Below are positions 61,930-64,000 of a stretch of DNA of 64,000 nucleotides, one piece after another. Position 1 is the stretch's first letter; each line of letters starts with the position of its first letter. The position numbers and the translations under genes were made by a program. The notes beneath the pieces were generated by a model, which saw only the letters and a program-made list of their open reading frames with translations, was not told the DNA's origin and searched no databases. Origin of the DNA: Lama glama (lineage: Eukaryota); contig CM052824.1 of NCBI GenBank assembly GCA_028534125.1, forward strand, positions 14,694,001 through 14,758,000, given 5' to 3'.

Positions 61930-63689
61930 GGTAGTGTGGAGTGAAAACCAGAAACCACAAAGTGACTACTTAACAGAGTTGCTTTCAGAATCATCTGAGC
62001 AGTTCTTTCAATGCAGCCAGGTCCAAACTTCACCCTCAAACCTCCAGAATCAGAATATCAGGGTAAGTCCTGGGAAAAGTACATTCTGCAAAAGCGCCGG
62101 GTGACTGGGCTGCACATTTGGATGAGCGAGCCACAGGGGCTGTTCAGGCACAACCCCTGGGTCTCCCTGACTTCTCTGCCAGGCTGGTAGCCTTGGGCAA
62201 GTCCCTTCCCCTTTCTGAGTTTCAACTTCCTCATCCTTAACAAAGGACGACAATGTAAGTGCTCTGCGCCTCTTCTTTGCTTCTCTCTGAATGGTCCTTT
62301 CTTCCCTGCTCTGCAGAACTTCTCAGATCACTGGCTTAAGTACTTAATATTTATGTATTGCCCTAACGATCAAGGCAGGGACTGTGTCACTAAAATAAAC
62401 CATGCAGGTGACACACACAGCTGCATCCAGTGCCCTGAAAGAATTATGTGCATGGGATGGGGGGTGGGGTGGGGTGGTCAGCACAGAGCTGCTTCTGAAG
62501 CCCCAGAAGACTTATAAGTGGGGGCCAGCCCAAATAAGGGAACCCCTTACCATGTGGGCTGTAAAGCAAGCAAGCATATAGGAGGAAAAATATGTTTATG
62601 GATGTTTTAAAATAAAGCCATGCCTACAAATACGGTAAGCTCTCTTTTAGCTAGAATGTTCTGGGAACAGGTATCAGAGCAAACTGAAATTTCTGGTTGA
62701 GTTACCATGTACAAGGGCACACTGCTGCCAGTCTCTCAAGATAACAGCACAATACACACACCACCCTGAGCATAACTGCTGGTTAAGAAGGCACTTCCGT
62801 GAAATGTCATGATTCCAGATAAAGCTGAAGAACTCTTGGAACTAGTCCATTTTTTGGCAGTGATGCTGCTGGGCTGCCCCACCCTCCTGACTCTGCCTTC
62901 CGTCTCTGAGCTCCGACTCTCCCACTCTGTCTCCTGGGCTGACATCTTTCTTGCTCCATATCCTCCAAGCTCAGCTGTCCTTGAAGATTTTGCCTGCCTG
63001 CCTATTTTCCCTCTTTGTCCTCTCCTTCTGTCTACCTCCAAGGGCTTGCAGAGGACTCTGTCATGCATGTCCGGTCCCGGAGCTATGTGCGGGGCCCCCT
63101 ACCTCTCCCCAGGAGGCCTGTTTCTGGACCTGGCTTCTCAGTCTCTCTGCTAGTAAAGCTACCTTTATGATGGTTACCTAGACTCCAAACTTCAGCTCTG
63201 TTTCTGAGACCACCCCCTTGCTCCCTGACATCCAGAGAGGTGACTGGTCCTGCCAGTTCTACTTTCCTATCCGCCCCTTCCTCTCTGGTGCCCCTGATGT
63301 CAACCTCTTGGTCAGGCCCTCCCTTGGTATGTGTGCAGAGATGACTACAGCTGCCTTGGTTTTCTTGGTTTCACAGAGCTCTCCCCCAACAGCTGTCAAC
63401 CTGTCAGACTGCTGGCCACGGACCAGTAATCTTAGATAATGGCAAAGGCTAATTAAACAGATATGAGCCCACTTACTCTGCTGGAGTGGCCGGGATGGAG
63501 GAGCTGGGAGCAATACTGCTAACTCCGCCCCCCTTCCATCTCCAAGGCAGACCCTGCAAGGACTCTGCAGATTCCTAGGGCTCCTTGAAACACAATTTGA
63601 AACCACTGCTCTGAGCCATCAAAGATACAACAGCCAGATACATCTTAAAATTCAGCTCTAATTATATGATGCTCCTCAAGAATCACCAA

Positions 63690-64000
63690 CTGGATGTGGG
63701 GAATGTAAAATATTCCAATATTCCAGTATTCACTTAGGTGGAACATTTACCTATCCATTCTAGTCCTAGGTGTGTATCCAACAGAAACATGTACACAGAT
63801 CCACCGAAAGACACGCATTAGAATAGTCAGAGCAGCACCGTTCATAACAGCCCCCAAATGGAAACTGCCCAAACGACCCAAGCAGGGGAGTAACTCACTC
63901 AGCGGAATACTCCACAGCAAATGACAACAAACAAGCTTCAAATACACGCAGCGATATGGATGAACAGCACAAATATAACGCTGAGAGAAAGAAGCCAGAT
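63690..64000 (+). mobile_element. Old L1 ORF2-end/3' UTR fragment running off the window
   Basis: attc.agtcctaggtgtgtatcca.cagaaa...gcagcac.gttcataacagccccaaa.tggaaac..cccaaa...ggaatact.cacagcaa. Confidence 0.75.

Noticed and set aside
1-64000. CRISPR arrays, operons or other prokaryotic-type systems
   Set aside because: The sequence is mammalian with spliced genes and retroposons; no regularly spaced repeat-spacer array is present.

Overview
Mammalian genomic DNA, most likely a camelid judging by its tRNA-derived SINE family, and syntenic with human 1p31.3. It holds two convergent (tail-to-tail) genes. GADD45A lies on the + strand: CpG-island promoter at about 21.4-21.7 kb, 4 coding exons from 21865, stop codon hidden in an N gap, poly(A) signal at 24736. 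The 3' part of GNG12 lies on the - strand: both coding exons at 43702-43794 and 41852-41977, a 3' UTR of about 3.8 kb, and an intron running off the right end. The rest is intergenic or intronic DNA with SINEs, L1/L2/MIR remnants, MaLR LTRs, DNA-transposon fossils, microsatellites and three short N gaps. Nearly all other ORFs in the track look spurious. I see no evidence of a new gene system. The most notable observations are local: an altered GADD45A intron-3 p53 element that gains a CpG/HRE core, a templated 139-bp insertion inside a (TA)n tract, stress-factor motif clusters around GADD45A, an unidentified poly(A)-tailed insert in a MER5A, and paired miR-183/miR-96 sites in the GNG12 3' UTR. 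Repeat family names and human comparisons are from memory, and repeat boundaries are approximate.
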